Assembly (NCBI GenBank): GCA_964610875.1
Contig: CAZSWP010000007.1
Location: 36,091-100,090, forward strand
Source: an uncultured archaeon
GTDB lineage: Archaea; Asgardarchaeota; Thorarchaeia; Thorarchaeales; Thorarchaeaceae
DNA length: 64,000 nucleotides
Direction of reading: 5' to 3'
Made by a program: the position numbers and the translations under genes. Each line of letters opens with the position of its first letter. Position 1 is the first letter of the stretch. This document shows positions 1 through 10,204 of the stretch, piece by piece. Below the pieces are notes generated by a model that saw only the letters and a list, made by a program, of their open reading frames with translations, did no database searches and was not told the origin of the DNA.

Positions 1-36
1 GGTGCTGAACAGATTTACATTTCATGAGGAAGAAAT

Positions 37-372
37 ATGACAATTAACTATTGGAAGATTTTACAGCCTCTTGCTTTGGCAACCGTCATTGCCGTTGCTG
101 ACATTCTCGTTGCCTTCATCATTTATCTCCTAAATCCTGCTATTTCAGTATTTACCACTGCTTCCAATTTTCTATTGCTCGAGTTTGGTGTACTTCTAGT
201 TCTTGGTGGATGTCTAATGGCAAGACAGCCCTTGAAGGACAAGGATCGCTATGATGATGATGGTACTCCTACTCGTGCTTGGAGATACGCTCAGAATGGT
301 CAAAAGATCTTACTTACATCTGTATTTGTATTAGTCTTGTCAATTGCTTTCGTTTTTCTAGGATTCTTGTAA
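37..372 (+). CDS. hypothetical small membrane protein (about 3 TM)
   Basis: 111-aa ORF with three hydrophobic segments; GAGGA upstream of the ATG. Confidence 0.7.
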   Translation: MTINYWKILQPLALATVIAVADILVAFIIYLLNPAISVFTTASNFLLLEFGVLLVLGGCLMARQPLKDKDRYDDDGTPTRAWRYAQNGQKILLTSVFVLVLSIAFVFLGFL

Positions 373-400
373 CGGTTGTGAGCATTTCGTGGAATCCGTA

Positions 401-1162
401 TTAATCTGACCTTGTCAATTTCTTTATGATAACAACTACCAAATACATTGCAAATGGAATTGCGACTGCGAGATATAGCAATGCTAATGGGAACCAGATT
501 TCTGCAAGGAGAATTGCTGGATTCCAAAAAAGATAATTCGAAATTAAAGCTACCAGAAATGCCGCTGCTTGTGGAGTTATTTCAGCCCATGGTGACATAA
601 CCAAAAAGATAGTTCCAATAATAAAAGACAGAGCATTCCATTTCATGATGGAATTGATTGCCAACTTTGTATACATATAGTCTTCACGATTCAAATCATC
701 CAAATCATATTTCAAAAGGTGAGTGAGTAAATCATCAGAAACTCTGGGTGCTCCTGGACCTATAGCCAAAAGAACTCCATTAAAGAGCACTAAGCTTGAA
801 ATTCCTATCACTATCAATGACTGGATGACTATTGCACCAATGACAAGAGCAGCTACGCCTAGAAGTAGACCTATCCCGATTGCTGCACTCAAGGTATTAT
901 CCATGAGATGGTTTTGAAATTTCACACCAAGATTACTATGTTTACGCTGCGTCACGTTTTCAAAAACCCACTTGTATGCAATACAGTTTGTATATTCCGT
1001 ATCACCGGTTAGATCCAAATCATACACTCTATAGGTTGTCTCAAGATTGTCAGCGAATTGTTTGTAATTCATTATTTTGCGACTTCTCCACAGAGTGACA
1101 AGAATGATGAGCAATCCAGTTGCCATAAAAGAAATCACAAGTTCCATTATTTTACATCTCAA
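401..1162 (-). CDS. hypothetical membrane protein
   Basis: 253-aa ORF with several hydrophobic helices; no family recognised. Confidence 0.7.
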   Translation of the reverse strand: MRCKIMELVISFMATGLLIILVTLWRSRKIMNYKQFADNLETTYRVYDLDLTGDTEYTNCIAYKWVFENVTQRKHSNLGVKFQNHLMDNTLSAAIGIGLLLGVAALVIGAIVIQSLIVIGISSLVLFNGVLLAIGPGAPRVSDDLLTHLLKYDLDDLNREDYMYTKLAINSIMKWNALSFIIGTIFLVMSPWAEITPQAAAFLVALISNYLFWNPAILLAEIWFPLALLYLAVAIPFAMYLVVVIIKKLTRSD

Positions 1163-1309
1163 CTCTAAGTTGCTAGGTCTTAGAGAAATTCCACAATATA
1201 TAGTATGTGTGATAAGTCAAAATAAACAATCATCATTTTTCTGCATAGAATCAATCGAAGATAGAGCGACAAGATGAAAAGTAAATTGTATCAAACTATC
1301 TAGAGTTTC

Positions 1310-2167
1310 TTGACACGATTTCTTGTACAAACTGCCGCAGAAAATAGATTGCATGATTGGGTTGCTCTATTCAACAAACTATCAATTAGTACTAATGATG
1401 TTTCAATATCTCAGATGTCTGCTGCACAGCTAAATCGATTTGTCAAAAGAAATTCAATCGATCTTGCATCATTCTACATAGCTTATCGTGGAACACTGCC
1501 TTTGGCCATTTGTTATGCAAAAGAAGTTGGTGATGTATTTTGGGTGACAGATTTTGAAGTTGACAAAAATGGAGAAGGGGCGGCAATGACATTAGTTGAT
1601 TCATTAATCAATAGAGCACGAGATTCAAACTGCCAAAGGATAAATCACATAACAAACACTGTTTCAGGAATAGAAACAGATCTCTTGACATCATTTCTCT
1701 TTGATTTCCATCATGTTCATGCAGATATGATATACAATTCTACTAAAGAGCCATCGTTCAATAAAATGGATGATATTAATATTTCTGAGTTGGAATATTC
1801 TCATGAGATGATATTACCAATTCATCCAATCTCAAGCATAAGAGAAATCTTTCTATCTCAGTCAATGCGTTGGGTAGCTTTGTATTCTGTCCAATCAAGA
1901 TTCGACACCGATCTTAGTCTAGTCTGTTATCGTTCAAAAACCAATCAACGTCAAGCATGGTTTATCATCTCAGATCCGTTGAACTGGTATAGAATGGGTA
2001 TCCTTGAGCAAATTATACAAGCTGGGATTACATATGGTTTTAAGCAAGGTATAAGACGTTTCTTTCTTCAATGTGATGCATCACATCAGTTCATGAAAAT
2101 ATTGAAAGAAATCGGTTACAAAAAAGAGAGTTCAAATTATATATTATCCCTAAATTTAGAATACTGA
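1310..2167 (+). CDS. hypothetical protein, probable tandem GNAT-like fold
   Basis: 285-aa ORF; GNAT-like segments (FEVDKNGEGAAMTLVDSLINRARD; ILKEIGYK). Confidence 0.5.
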   Translation: MTRFLVQTAAENRLHDWVALFNKLSISTNDVSISQMSAAQLNRFVKRNSIDLASFYIAYRGTLPLAICYAKEVGDVFWVTDFEVDKNGEGAAMTLVDSLINRARDSNCQRINHITNTVSGIETDLLTSFLFDFHHVHADMIYNSTKEPSFNKMDDINISELEYSHEMILPIHPISSIREIFLSQSMRWVALYSVQSRFDTDLSLVCYRSKTNQRQAWFIISDPLNWYRMGILEQIIQAGITYGFKQGIRRFFLQCDASHQFMKILKEIGYKKESSNYILSLNLEY

Positions 2168-2219
2168 ACCCAAGAATCTTCTTTTTCGCGCCACATGGAA
2201 TTATGCGAATCATTCTTTG

Positions 2220-2233
2220 AAAAGATGTATATA
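2220..2233 (+). promoter_or_regulatory. candidate BRE/TATA element
   Basis: Purine run followed by GTATATA (TATATA 2228-2233), between two convergent genes. Confidence 0.3.
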
Positions 2234-2247
2234 CCCAAATAATACAC

Positions 2248-2390
2248 GGGTAACATGCTGAAAGCCGGGAGGTTATGGCGTCAGACGTGTGGAGAGTCAT
2301 GGATTTGTGTGCGCAGAGTGTTGCAAGATTTATTATTGCATGATACTGCTATTCGCTTCTCTACAGAAAGGAAAGAGTAAAACCCCTTTA
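2248..2390 (+). ncRNA. candidate structured non-coding RNA
   Basis: Nested pairing TGTGGAGAG(2288-2296)/TTCTCTACA(2357-2365), GCAG/CTGC and TGCAA/TTGCA, with G-U pairs favouring the + strand; upstream TATA. Confidence 0.3.
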
Positions 2391-2416
2391 GTGAGCGTCG
2401 ATAGACTGGCGCTCAC
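2391..2416 (-). terminator. hairpin just 3' of the oppD-like gene
   Basis: GTGAGCGTC...GGCGCTCAC stem, followed on the - strand by a pyrimidine/T-rich tract. Confidence 0.5.
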
Positions 2417-2421
2417 GCCAT

Positions 2422-3522
2422 CTATTTTTCTAGTTCGCCATATTTGTGACATCGTACCCAATGTCTATTTTCAACTTCTCTATATTCAGGTACTATCTCT
2501 TTACATATGTCGATGGCATATTCGCATCGAGGATGAAATGGACACCCTGATGGAATATCTGACATATCCGGAGGCTCACCAGGAATACCCCTGAGACTTG
2601 GTCTTTTCCCTGTTGCACGCATCTGCATCATAGCTATTGTTGGAAATGATCCCATCAATCCCATAGTATATGGATGTCCTGGTCTGTGAAACATCTGAAC
2701 AGCGTCACCAATCTCCATGATACGTCCGGCATACATCACAGCAACTCTATCTGCCATTTCAGCAATGACTCCTGCATCGTGACTGATTAGAATGATCGAA
2801 ACATCAAAATCATCTCTCACCATCTGAAGCACATTCATTATTTGACGTTGAATAGTGACATCAAGTGCCGAAGTAGGTTCATCTGCAATCACAAGATACG
2901 GGCCTGATACCAATGCCATGGCGATCAGAATCCGTTGAGCCTCTCCTCCACTAAAGCTGCCTGGATCTAGTACGAATCTGGTGCCTGCATCGGCTAATCT
3001 GACGAGGTTCAACATTTCAAGAACCTTCTTCTTCATATCAAGCAATCTTACATTATCATCATGAATTTCCATAGGCTCTCCTGTCTGCATACCCACAGAA
3101 TATTGTGGATTTAACGCATGTGTTAGACCTTGTGGGATCATGGAGATTTCCTTGCCACGAATCTTGACTTGTTCATCTTTGTCAAGAGACAGAAGGTCTC
3201 GTCCTCGGAAGATGACATTACCTTGGGTGCCTGGCCTTTCCTCACCTTCTTTTTCAAACTCTTTTATTAATCTTGGAACATTGGAAGTTCCCGCTGCAAA
3301 TCTAGCTACTCTGTCAAAGAGTCCTAACATTGCTAGAGCCATTGATGACTTGCCACAACCTGATTCACCTAAAATCCCAAGACATTCACCTGACTTGACT
3401 TCGAAAGAAACATCGCGTACAGCTTTAATGAGGCCTTTCTTTGAAGGATAGTATGCATGCAAGTGTTCTACTTGGAGTAGTGGGTCATCCATTTTGGTAC
3501 ACTCCAGACTCATTGTAGGCAA
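2422..3522 (-). CDS. oligopeptide/dipeptide ABC transporter ATP-binding protein (OppD/DppD family)
   Basis: Walker A GESGCGKS, signature FSGGEAQR, Walker B IADEPT, H-loop ISHD, C-terminal HPYT and GCPFHPRC. Confidence 0.93.
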   Translation of the reverse strand: MPTMSLECTKMDDPLLQVEHLHAYYPSKKGLIKAVRDVSFEVKSGECLGILGESGCGKSSMALAMLGLFDRVARFAAGTSNVPRLIKEFEKEGEERPGTQGNVIFRGRDLLSLDKDEQVKIRGKEISMIPQGLTHALNPQYSVGMQTGEPMEIHDDNVRLLDMKKKVLEMLNLVRLADAGTRFVLDPGSFSGGEAQRILIAMALVSGPYLVIADEPTSALDVTIQRQIMNVLQMVRDDFDVSIILISHDAGVIAEMADRVAVMYAGRIMEIGDAVQMFHRPGHPYTMGLMGSFPTIAMMQMRATGKRPSLRGIPGEPPDMSDIPSGCPFHPRCEYAIDICKEIVPEYREVENRHWVRCHKYGELEK

Positions 3523-3558
3523 ATGGTGAGCTATTAAAACACTTGTTGACTGTGCATT

Positions 3559-4392
3559 CTATGATTTCTTGGCAAGAACACCCGATACACTTTGCACACG
3601 TTTCACATTTTTAAAACCAATATCCCGTAGTCTAGTCATTACTCCTTTGGCTATGTCTTGTTTTCTGTACTTGGCTCCTGGAGTTCCAACGTAATGATAT
3701 AGAATACCCTTGGGTCTTAGAGTCCTTAGAAGCTCTGAATAGAATTCACTTGTATAGAGTTCTGACGCCCAAGGCCATCGAGGAGGATCAAGTAAAATGG
3801 AATCAAACATCTCATTATCAAATTCATGAATTATCACTGATGCATCTCCTTCTAGTAGTTCCACACGCTCGTCAATGAATAACTCACTTGACCAAGGATT
3901 GATTCTACTAAGTTCTATCACGTGAGGATCTTTCTCTATTGTGATTATGCTCTTGATACCTCTTTTCAAACATTGAATACAAGAGTATCCAAGACCAGTG
4001 CATATTTCAAGCATCGGAAATCCCTGATACGCACAGAGTTCAGATTTCAATCTTGCATCTTCCATCGGGTCCATTTCTTTCACCCTATGCATTAGAACAC
4101 CATCAATCAATAAAGCAGGCGCCTTTCCACTTTCAGATGGAAGTAATTTGTAGAAATGCTCAGCACGTATTGCTGCTTTGAATATTCCATCATCTCGGAT
4201 GAAATAAATTGAATCGGTATCTTTTGCTATCTTTTGAAGAGAATCAACATCCCAAGGGTAGTCATCTACATCAATTCTCTGTCTAGTGCGTCCTAGATCT
4301 AAAGAAACCTCGATTTTCCTCTTATCGCTTTTAATTGCATGTAGGATTACCTTTGCAGTTGATGCGTCTAAGAAAATCATTTGGAACCACAA
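3559..4392 (-). CDS. archaeal-type SAM-dependent methyltransferase (COG2521-like)
   Basis: LEICTGLGY SAM-binding motif, DPPR, ELYTSEFY, HYVG. Confidence 0.85.
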   Translation of the reverse strand: MWFQMIFLDASTAKVILHAIKSDKRKIEVSLDLGRTRQRIDVDDYPWDVDSLQKIAKDTDSIYFIRDDGIFKAAIRAEHFYKLLPSESGKAPALLIDGVLMHRVKEMDPMEDARLKSELCAYQGFPMLEICTGLGYSCIQCLKRGIKSIITIEKDPHVIELSRINPWSSELFIDERVELLEGDASVIIHEFDNEMFDSILLDPPRWPWASELYTSEFYSELLRTLRPKGILYHYVGTPGAKYRKQDIAKGVMTRLRDIGFKNVKRVQSVSGVLAKKS

Positions 4393-4449
4393 TCTAGCTC
4401 TAAATTTCTACCATGATTTCATGTTAATTTTTAAGCGTGAAAAGTTAGT

Positions 4450-5592
4450 GTGGACAAATCAAATAATGGTTGTGAAAGCGTGAGTAAATCATCAGTATAC
4501 TTCACAGATAGAATCACAGAGCCTATGGATAATATGCTTGACCGTCTTGAGAAGGTGATTAAGAAACTAGGACTTCTTGACGATATTTCTCCCGGCGATA
4601 CCGTCATGATCAAGACACACTTTGGTGTTTGGGGAAATACAAATCATATCAGACCTGCATACATTCGTAAGGCTGTTGATCTTGTGAAATCTGCGGGGGG
4701 TGAACCCTTTGTATCTGAAACATGTGCCCTTGGATATGGAAAGTCTAGACCATACGGTGGTCGTTGTACTGCTGCTGATTATTTGAGGATGGCTGAGAAA
4801 AATGGGTTCTCTCCTGGAACACTAGGAGCCCCGATTGTTTTTGCTGATGGTTACTGGGGTGTTGATACATTTGATGTGCCAATAGATGGAGAATTTATCA
4901 AGAATGTACCTGTAGCTTCTGCATTATTGAATTGCGATAAAGTATTGGTTATCACACACGCAAAATTTCATGCGATGGGATTAGCGGGAACTCTGAAGAA
5001 TATCGGCGTTGGTTTAGTTGGGAAAGGTGGTAAGATGTCGATTCATGCGCCTGATGGTCTACAGGTGAATCCATCTGAATGTAAAGGTCCTGATTGTTCA
5101 GCATGTATCGAAGTCTGTCCAACTCGCTGCATTTCAGTTGGAGATACATTGATAGTAGATATTGACCGTTGTGTCAGATGTGGTCATTGTGCAAGTGTTT
5201 GCGCTACTGTTGCTCGCGCTAAGGCAATATCGATGAGTTGGATTGGTTATGATATCACAAAAAGGGTTGTTGAGAATGCCATGGGTGTTATTTCATCCAT
5301 TGGATTGGAAAAATTCTATTTCATCAATCTAGCAATAGACATCACGGAAAAATGTGATTGCATCTCTGTAGGTCGTCCATTACTTATGCATGATATCGGA
5401 ATCTTCGGATCAAGAGACCCTGTAGCAATTGACCATGCGACTCTCGAAAAAATGAAGAAATCCCAAATCTCCAAAATCTCTCCTGCTGCAGACACCTTCA
5501 CGACCCTTGTCAAGAACTCGGAAAGCTTCTTCTCGCATGCTAAGAAGCTAAGGTTTGGCATAATCGATTATGAACTGAAATCTGTGAATTAG
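4450..5592 (+). CDS. DUF362 domain iron-sulfur protein with 2x[4Fe-4S] ferredoxin insert
   Basis: IKTHFG, THAKFH, LKNIGVG, CxxxxCxxCxxxCP and CxxCxxCxxxC motifs, CDC, DPVAID. Confidence 0.88.
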   Translation: MDKSNNGCESVSKSSVYFTDRITEPMDNMLDRLEKVIKKLGLLDDISPGDTVMIKTHFGVWGNTNHIRPAYIRKAVDLVKSAGGEPFVSETCALGYGKSRPYGGRCTAADYLRMAEKNGFSPGTLGAPIVFADGYWGVDTFDVPIDGEFIKNVPVASALLNCDKVLVITHAKFHAMGLAGTLKNIGVGLVGKGGKMSIHAPDGLQVNPSECKGPDCSACIEVCPTRCISVGDTLIVDIDRCVRCGHCASVCATVARAKAISMSWIGYDITKRVVENAMGVISSIGLEKFYFINLAIDITEKCDCISVGRPLLMHDIGIFGSRDPVAIDHATLEKMKKSQISKISPAADTFTTLVKNSESFFSHAKKLRFGIIDYELKSVN

Positions 5593-5612
5593 AACATAGG
5601 AGGTATGAATGA

Positions 5613-6146
5613 TTGAAGATACAAGAATTCCGCGAGCTTCTTATTACCGCTCACAAAAATCAACGAAGACATCTATCAAGAATCCTTGAGGGGATACCTG
5701 ATGATATCATGCTGAAAGAATTATCTGAAGAGCGACTCAAGAATATGAAACGGATACTTGAGCATATAGCTTCAGCTGAGCTGTATTGGATAAATCGTGC
5801 TGGAGAAACATCAGTCCCAACATTTGATGACAGGTCTCCCAAAGGATGTAAACAGCAACTTGAGAAAAACACCGAATGGATTACTGAAATCATGATGCAA
5901 TGTTCATCTGCTGAACTAAGGATAGTAGGCCCATCTCAAAATGGAGGTCCAACGATTGCTTGGGCTCTTTTGCGTACATATCAACATGGTATATATCATG
6001 CTGGACAACTTGCTAAGATGCGCCGCATTTTGGGTGTAAAAGAATTAAGCCCTGATGATGATTATCTTTGGGGAACTGCTGTTGATTCTGTAATTAACAT
6101 TGTACGAGAGTTTGTTGACACAGATTCATTTGGATTAGTAGAGTGA
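5613..6146 (+). CDS. DinB family protein
   Basis: LEHIASAELYW and HGIYHAGQL metal-binding His motifs. Confidence 0.85.
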   Translation: MKIQEFRELLITAHKNQRRHLSRILEGIPDDIMLKELSEERLKNMKRILEHIASAELYWINRAGETSVPTFDDRSPKGCKQQLEKNTEWITEIMMQCSSAELRIVGPSQNGGPTIAWALLRTYQHGIYHAGQLAKMRRILGVKELSPDDDYLWGTAVDSVINIVREFVDTDSFGLVE

Positions 6147-7262
6147 AAATTCCGGAAGTTCCTCAAACCGATGGCACATTATCCAATGTTCTGGTTCAAC
6201 CTCACGATACTCAGGTAATTCATTCTTACACACATCTTTGCAATATTCGCATCTTGGATGAAATGGACACCCTTCTGGTGGGTTTGTCATATCAGGTGGA
6301 CTACCTGGAATACCTCTAATTCGATATCCTATCTCGCGTATTTTTCTAATCAATTCCATCGATGGATTACTCATTAAAAATGCTCTTGTAAATGGATGAC
6401 CTGGATTCTTTAGAACCGTTTCTACATCAGCGAACTCCATTATCCTTCCTGCTGACATCACTCCAACATGGTCTGTTGATTCTGCAATGAGGCCTTGATC
6501 ATTACTTATTAGTAACATTGTTAAATCGAGCTTTTCTTTGACCAATGCGATTGCATCCATAATCCTCCTTTGAACTCCCACGTCTAGTGCAGTTGTTGGT
6601 TCGTCCGCAATCATAAAGGCTGGGTTCATTATGAGTGCCATAGCTATGAGGATACGTTGATCTTCTCCCATCGAAAATTCTCCTGGTTTCAGAGCTTTTC
6701 GAATATCTACATCTCCAAGTTCCACTAAATCAAGAGCCTGAAGCACTCTTCGAAGGACTTCTCTTTCAATCAGAATGTCATCATCATCATGAGCCCAGAG
6801 CGATTCTGCAGTTTGGAGTTCAATGTTGGTATAGGGATTCAAAGATTTGGTTGTGCTCTGTGGAACATAGGTTATCTCTGCACCACGTATCTTCCTGAAT
6901 TCCTTTTCATCTAGTGCTAAGAGGTCTTGTCCTCTATAGTAGATGTGACCTTCTACTCCAGGTAAATCTCTTCCATACTCTTTTGATGTCATACCTTTCT
7001 TGCGAGCCTCTTGCCGCATTTCCCAAAGTTTTCTGTTTTCTTCATCTCCAGAACCAGTGCCATAACTAGCAATCTGTTCAAATATCCCCATTATTGCGAG
7101 TGCGACCGATGTTTTTCCGGAACCTGATTCTCCAAAAAGGCCTACTGATTCTCCTTCTCGTATTTCAAATGAAACATCATCTACTGCTTTTACAAGACCT
7201 CTAGTTGAGGTATAAAATGCAGAAAGATTCTCTACTTCCAACAGGTATTCATCGGATGGCAT
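6135..7262 (-). CDS. OppD/DppD-family ABC ATP-binding protein with degenerate motifs
   Basis: Walker A GESGSGKT and IADEPT intact; signature FSMGEDQR and H-loop ISND altered; start at ATG 7262 chosen by alignment with the paralog. Confidence 0.88.
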   Translation of the reverse strand: MPSDEYLLEVENLSAFYTSTRGLVKAVDDVSFEIREGESVGLFGESGSGKTSVALAIMGIFEQIASYGTGSGDEENRKLWEMRQEARKKGMTSKEYGRDLPGVEGHIYYRGQDLLALDEKEFRKIRGAEITYVPQSTTKSLNPYTNIELQTAESLWAHDDDDILIEREVLRRVLQALDLVELGDVDIRKALKPGEFSMGEDQRILIAMALIMNPAFMIADEPTTALDVGVQRRIMDAIALVKEKLDLTMLLISNDQGLIAESTDHVGVMSAGRIMEFADVETVLKNPGHPFTRAFLMSNPSMELIRKIREIGYRIRGIPGSPPDMTNPPEGCPFHPRCEYCKDVCKNELPEYREVEPEHWIMCHRFEELPEFSLY

Positions 7263-7312
7263 GAATATTTTATAGGAACTATCGTAAAAATACTCTACTA
7301 AATAAGCAGGAT

Positions 7313-8815
7313 TCAAGATTTAGTCTTGAGGCGAATGGAGAAGATATTCCTATTCTCTTTTCTGCTATACTTTATTGAACCTTGATATCTGATAACTAAT
7401 TTCTTTACTATAAAGAGACCGAGACCTAATCCACTCTCGCTAGGTACAAACTTTTCAAACAAGGATTCTCTAACATTTGTGGGTAGTTGTGGACATGAAT
7501 CTGAGATATCCACAAGAGCTGTATTATTTTCAATAGATGCTGAAATTCTCACTCTTGGAGAGTTCTCTCCACAATGGTCGAGACTATTCTTGATCAAATT
7601 GACAAAAATTTGGGTGAGAAATCCATCTGCTTGAATAAAAATATCATCCGTTGGTAACTCTAGGTCTACTTTTATCATGGTAAGATCAAGTACTTCCTTT
7701 AAAATAGAAATGGCTTGATTTACTGAATCCACTATACTGATGGATTTAAGCTCTACTTCAACATCTCTTATCTGGGCTGCTTCTTGAACACGATTTATAA
7801 TTGAGGAAATACGTTCGGCAATTTTTTCAATGGAGGTTTGCTCTTTGCTCGATGTAACGCTATCAAGTTCAAGAATATCCAGATAAATTCGTAATGCCTG
7901 TAGCAGATTTCCAATATCATGACTCCAAAGGCAGAGATAGAAGTCACTCTCCTCTTTTGCTACTTCGAGCTCTTGTGTTCTCAATTCCACTGTTTCCTGT
8001 AAGGAGAGATTTTGCTCCAGTGTGAAAGTTTTGAATATTCCAAATGCCAGAAAAGCTAAACCCTCGGTTGAGATAACTATTGCAATCAGTGCTGAAATTC
8101 TATATGCTCCTTGGTTACCAACCGTGAATACTGTAGCGGTCACTATCATCAGCATTGCAAGCAATACTACTGTTGGAAGTGGTGTTTCACGTGTCTTCCA
8201 CTTTGCTCCGTATATTACAATCAAATAAAGTACTAGAAAAAAAGCAAGGACTGAAACAAGAATTCCAGTAGTTGTTAAGCCTTGATTTTCAATAGCAAAT
8301 GGTTGTGGTGATATTGGTGATAGAACAGTGATTATAGCTATCAGTGGAATGATTAGGAATCCTATGATAGAAATAGCTATTACTGATTCTCTGGATAGAG
8401 GTTTGTTAGCATTATAATATCCCAAAACTAGACTAATCGGTACAGCAAGAGATGCCATAGCGATGAGTAGTTGGCTTTTTGGCAAAGATTCTGCGAATGG
8501 AATTTGAAACATTATACCAGGATATGTTAGTGCAAATGTGAATGACAAGAATGCTGTATTAAAGAGGCCAATTGCAAATAATAAGTCTCTAAGTTTTCTA
8601 TTCAAGTTGTAAAGAAAAATAGCTGCACCTGCTGCGAGAAAGCAGATGCTGCCCTCAATACCAATTAATAAGGTCATCCAATTAATGAACACACTTGCTT
8701 CAATTTCTACATGAATGCCCTCTTGTAGATAAAAGATGCCGTAAATGATTATGGAAAATATGAAGAAAGCAATAGCAATAACTTCAGTATTCTTGAACTC
8801 ATTCTGGATACACAA
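7313..8815 (-). CDS. membrane-bound sensor histidine kinase
   Basis: About 8 TM helices; H-box WSHDIGN, N-box NLIKNS, G2 GLGLGL; G1 altered to DSCPQL. Confidence 0.85.
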   Translation of the reverse strand: MCIQNEFKNTEVIAIAFFIFSIIIYGIFYLQEGIHVEIEASVFINWMTLLIGIEGSICFLAAGAAIFLYNLNRKLRDLLFAIGLFNTAFLSFTFALTYPGIMFQIPFAESLPKSQLLIAMASLAVPISLVLGYYNANKPLSRESVIAISIIGFLIIPLIAIITVLSPISPQPFAIENQGLTTTGILVSVLAFFLVLYLIVIYGAKWKTRETPLPTVVLLAMLMIVTATVFTVGNQGAYRISALIAIVISTEGLAFLAFGIFKTFTLEQNLSLQETVELRTQELEVAKEESDFYLCLWSHDIGNLLQALRIYLDILELDSVTSSKEQTSIEKIAERISSIINRVQEAAQIRDVEVELKSISIVDSVNQAISILKEVLDLTMIKVDLELPTDDIFIQADGFLTQIFVNLIKNSLDHCGENSPRVRISASIENNTALVDISDSCPQLPTNVRESLFEKFVPSESGLGLGLFIVKKLVIRYQGSIKYSRKENRNIFSIRLKTKS

Positions 8816-8952
8816 GTAACTCTCACATTACCTATTATTTAATATCAACTATTATGAACTAATGGTTTAAGTACAGTTGCTGTTTTAAAGTATTCTGTGA
8901 GGCATAAATGATTTATCTCATGTAATCCTGACCGTTAGGATTAAAGGTTGTA

Positions 8953-10176
8953 TTGAAACCCTCCCGAGCTATAATGACCAACCACCGAGACTGGAACTCG
9001 ATTGCAGTATTCGCATCATATGCATTTCAGTCAATAGGGCAAGCTATGTCTTGGCAGTTCGTTACTTACTTCCTGAAGCATGATTTGGGTGTTTCCAGTT
9101 TCATCTTTCTAACAGTCATCTGGTCTACACCTGCTCTCATCACAATGGCTGCAGTCAATGGTTGGGGGTCTCTCTCTGACAAGAAAGGTAGACGCAAACC
9201 TTTCATGATACTTGGATTTGCTGGGAATGCTTTTTCATTCCTTTTCTTTGCATTCGTAACCGATGGTATACAATACTTGATTGTATCAGCAATTGGAGCT
9301 GTATTCATTGCATCATCAATTCCAGCAGGTCAAGCATTCCTAACAACAAGAACTACTAGTAAAGGCGAAAGGTTAGGTCTCTTGCTAATGGCACAGTCTG
9401 CTGGGTGGTTGGTGGGGGCTCTCACAAGCGGTTTTCTCTATGATTTAATCGGTATGTCGGTAATCTACTTGATAGCTTCATCTCTCTGCTTTGCGGCAGT
9501 ATTTCTCTGTCTTGGTTTTGTGAAAGATGAAGGATTGAAAGAGATTGAAGTCATTACAAGAATGAGATTCTCTGAGGTTCTTAAAATTCCAGGTATGATT
9601 CGACTAGCATTAGCTGCTGCATTTAGTTCAATGGGTATCAATGCTGTGGCCTCTTTGATGACAATCATGATAGTCGATGAATTGCAAGGCTATACTTGGT
9701 ATGTTGGGATAGCAAACTCTACTGCAACATTTTTGGCGGTCCTAATCACTTGGTACATTGGAAAACTTATTGACCGGAGGGGTCCGGTAGGTGTCCTGTT
9801 TCTCGCATATCTCTCATATGCAATATTCTCCATTGGATTTGCAATAGCTCCCACTGCAGAGATAGCAACTATTCTCTTCGCGTTGCCGATTTATCCTCTG
9901 GCCTCCACAGCAGCTTACGCTTACGCTGCACTGTTGTCTGGAGATAGTGAAAGAGGAAGCGCAATGGGTATCGTAAATGGTTCTCAAAACATGGGTGCTG
10001 CAATTGGACCCATTGTTGGAGGTATATTTGCTGAGCTAATTTTCTTCCATGTTCAACCAATTTCTTGGATTGGACTTATTTTCCAAATCGTCGCACTCCT
10101 TCTTTCGTTAACTCTAGCTCGACGAATTGTAAGCGAGATAGATGACAAAGTAGTAGAGATTAAGACTGATACATAG
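8953..10176 (+). CDS. MFS transporter
   Basis: Motif A GSLSDKKGRRK and GKLIDRRG; about 12 TM. Confidence 0.92.
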   Translation: MKPSRAIMTNHRDWNSIAVFASYAFQSIGQAMSWQFVTYFLKHDLGVSSFIFLTVIWSTPALITMAAVNGWGSLSDKKGRRKPFMILGFAGNAFSFLFFAFVTDGIQYLIVSAIGAVFIASSIPAGQAFLTTRTTSKGERLGLLLMAQSAGWLVGALTSGFLYDLIGMSVIYLIASSLCFAAVFLCLGFVKDEGLKEIEVITRMRFSEVLKIPGMIRLALAAAFSSMGINAVASLMTIMIVDELQGYTWYVGIANSTATFLAVLITWYIGKLIDRRGPVGVLFLAYLSYAIFSIGFAIAPTAEIATILFALPIYPLASTAAYAYAALLSGDSERGSAMGIVNGSQNMGAAIGPIVGGIFAELIFFHVQPISWIGLIFQIVALLLSLTLARRIVSEIDDKVVEIKTDT

Positions 10177-10204
10177 ATGATACTATTCTGAAAATAATTG
10201 ATTT

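Noticed and set aside
2262-2285. GCCGGGAGGTTATGGCGTC resembles the 5' end of archaeal SRP RNA
   Set aside because: No helix-8 GGAA/AGCAG motif, and the gap is too short for a ~300-nt SRP RNA
2289-2594. 101-aa ORF on the + strand
   Set aside because: More than half is antisense to the oppD-like gene and it has no recognisable protein features
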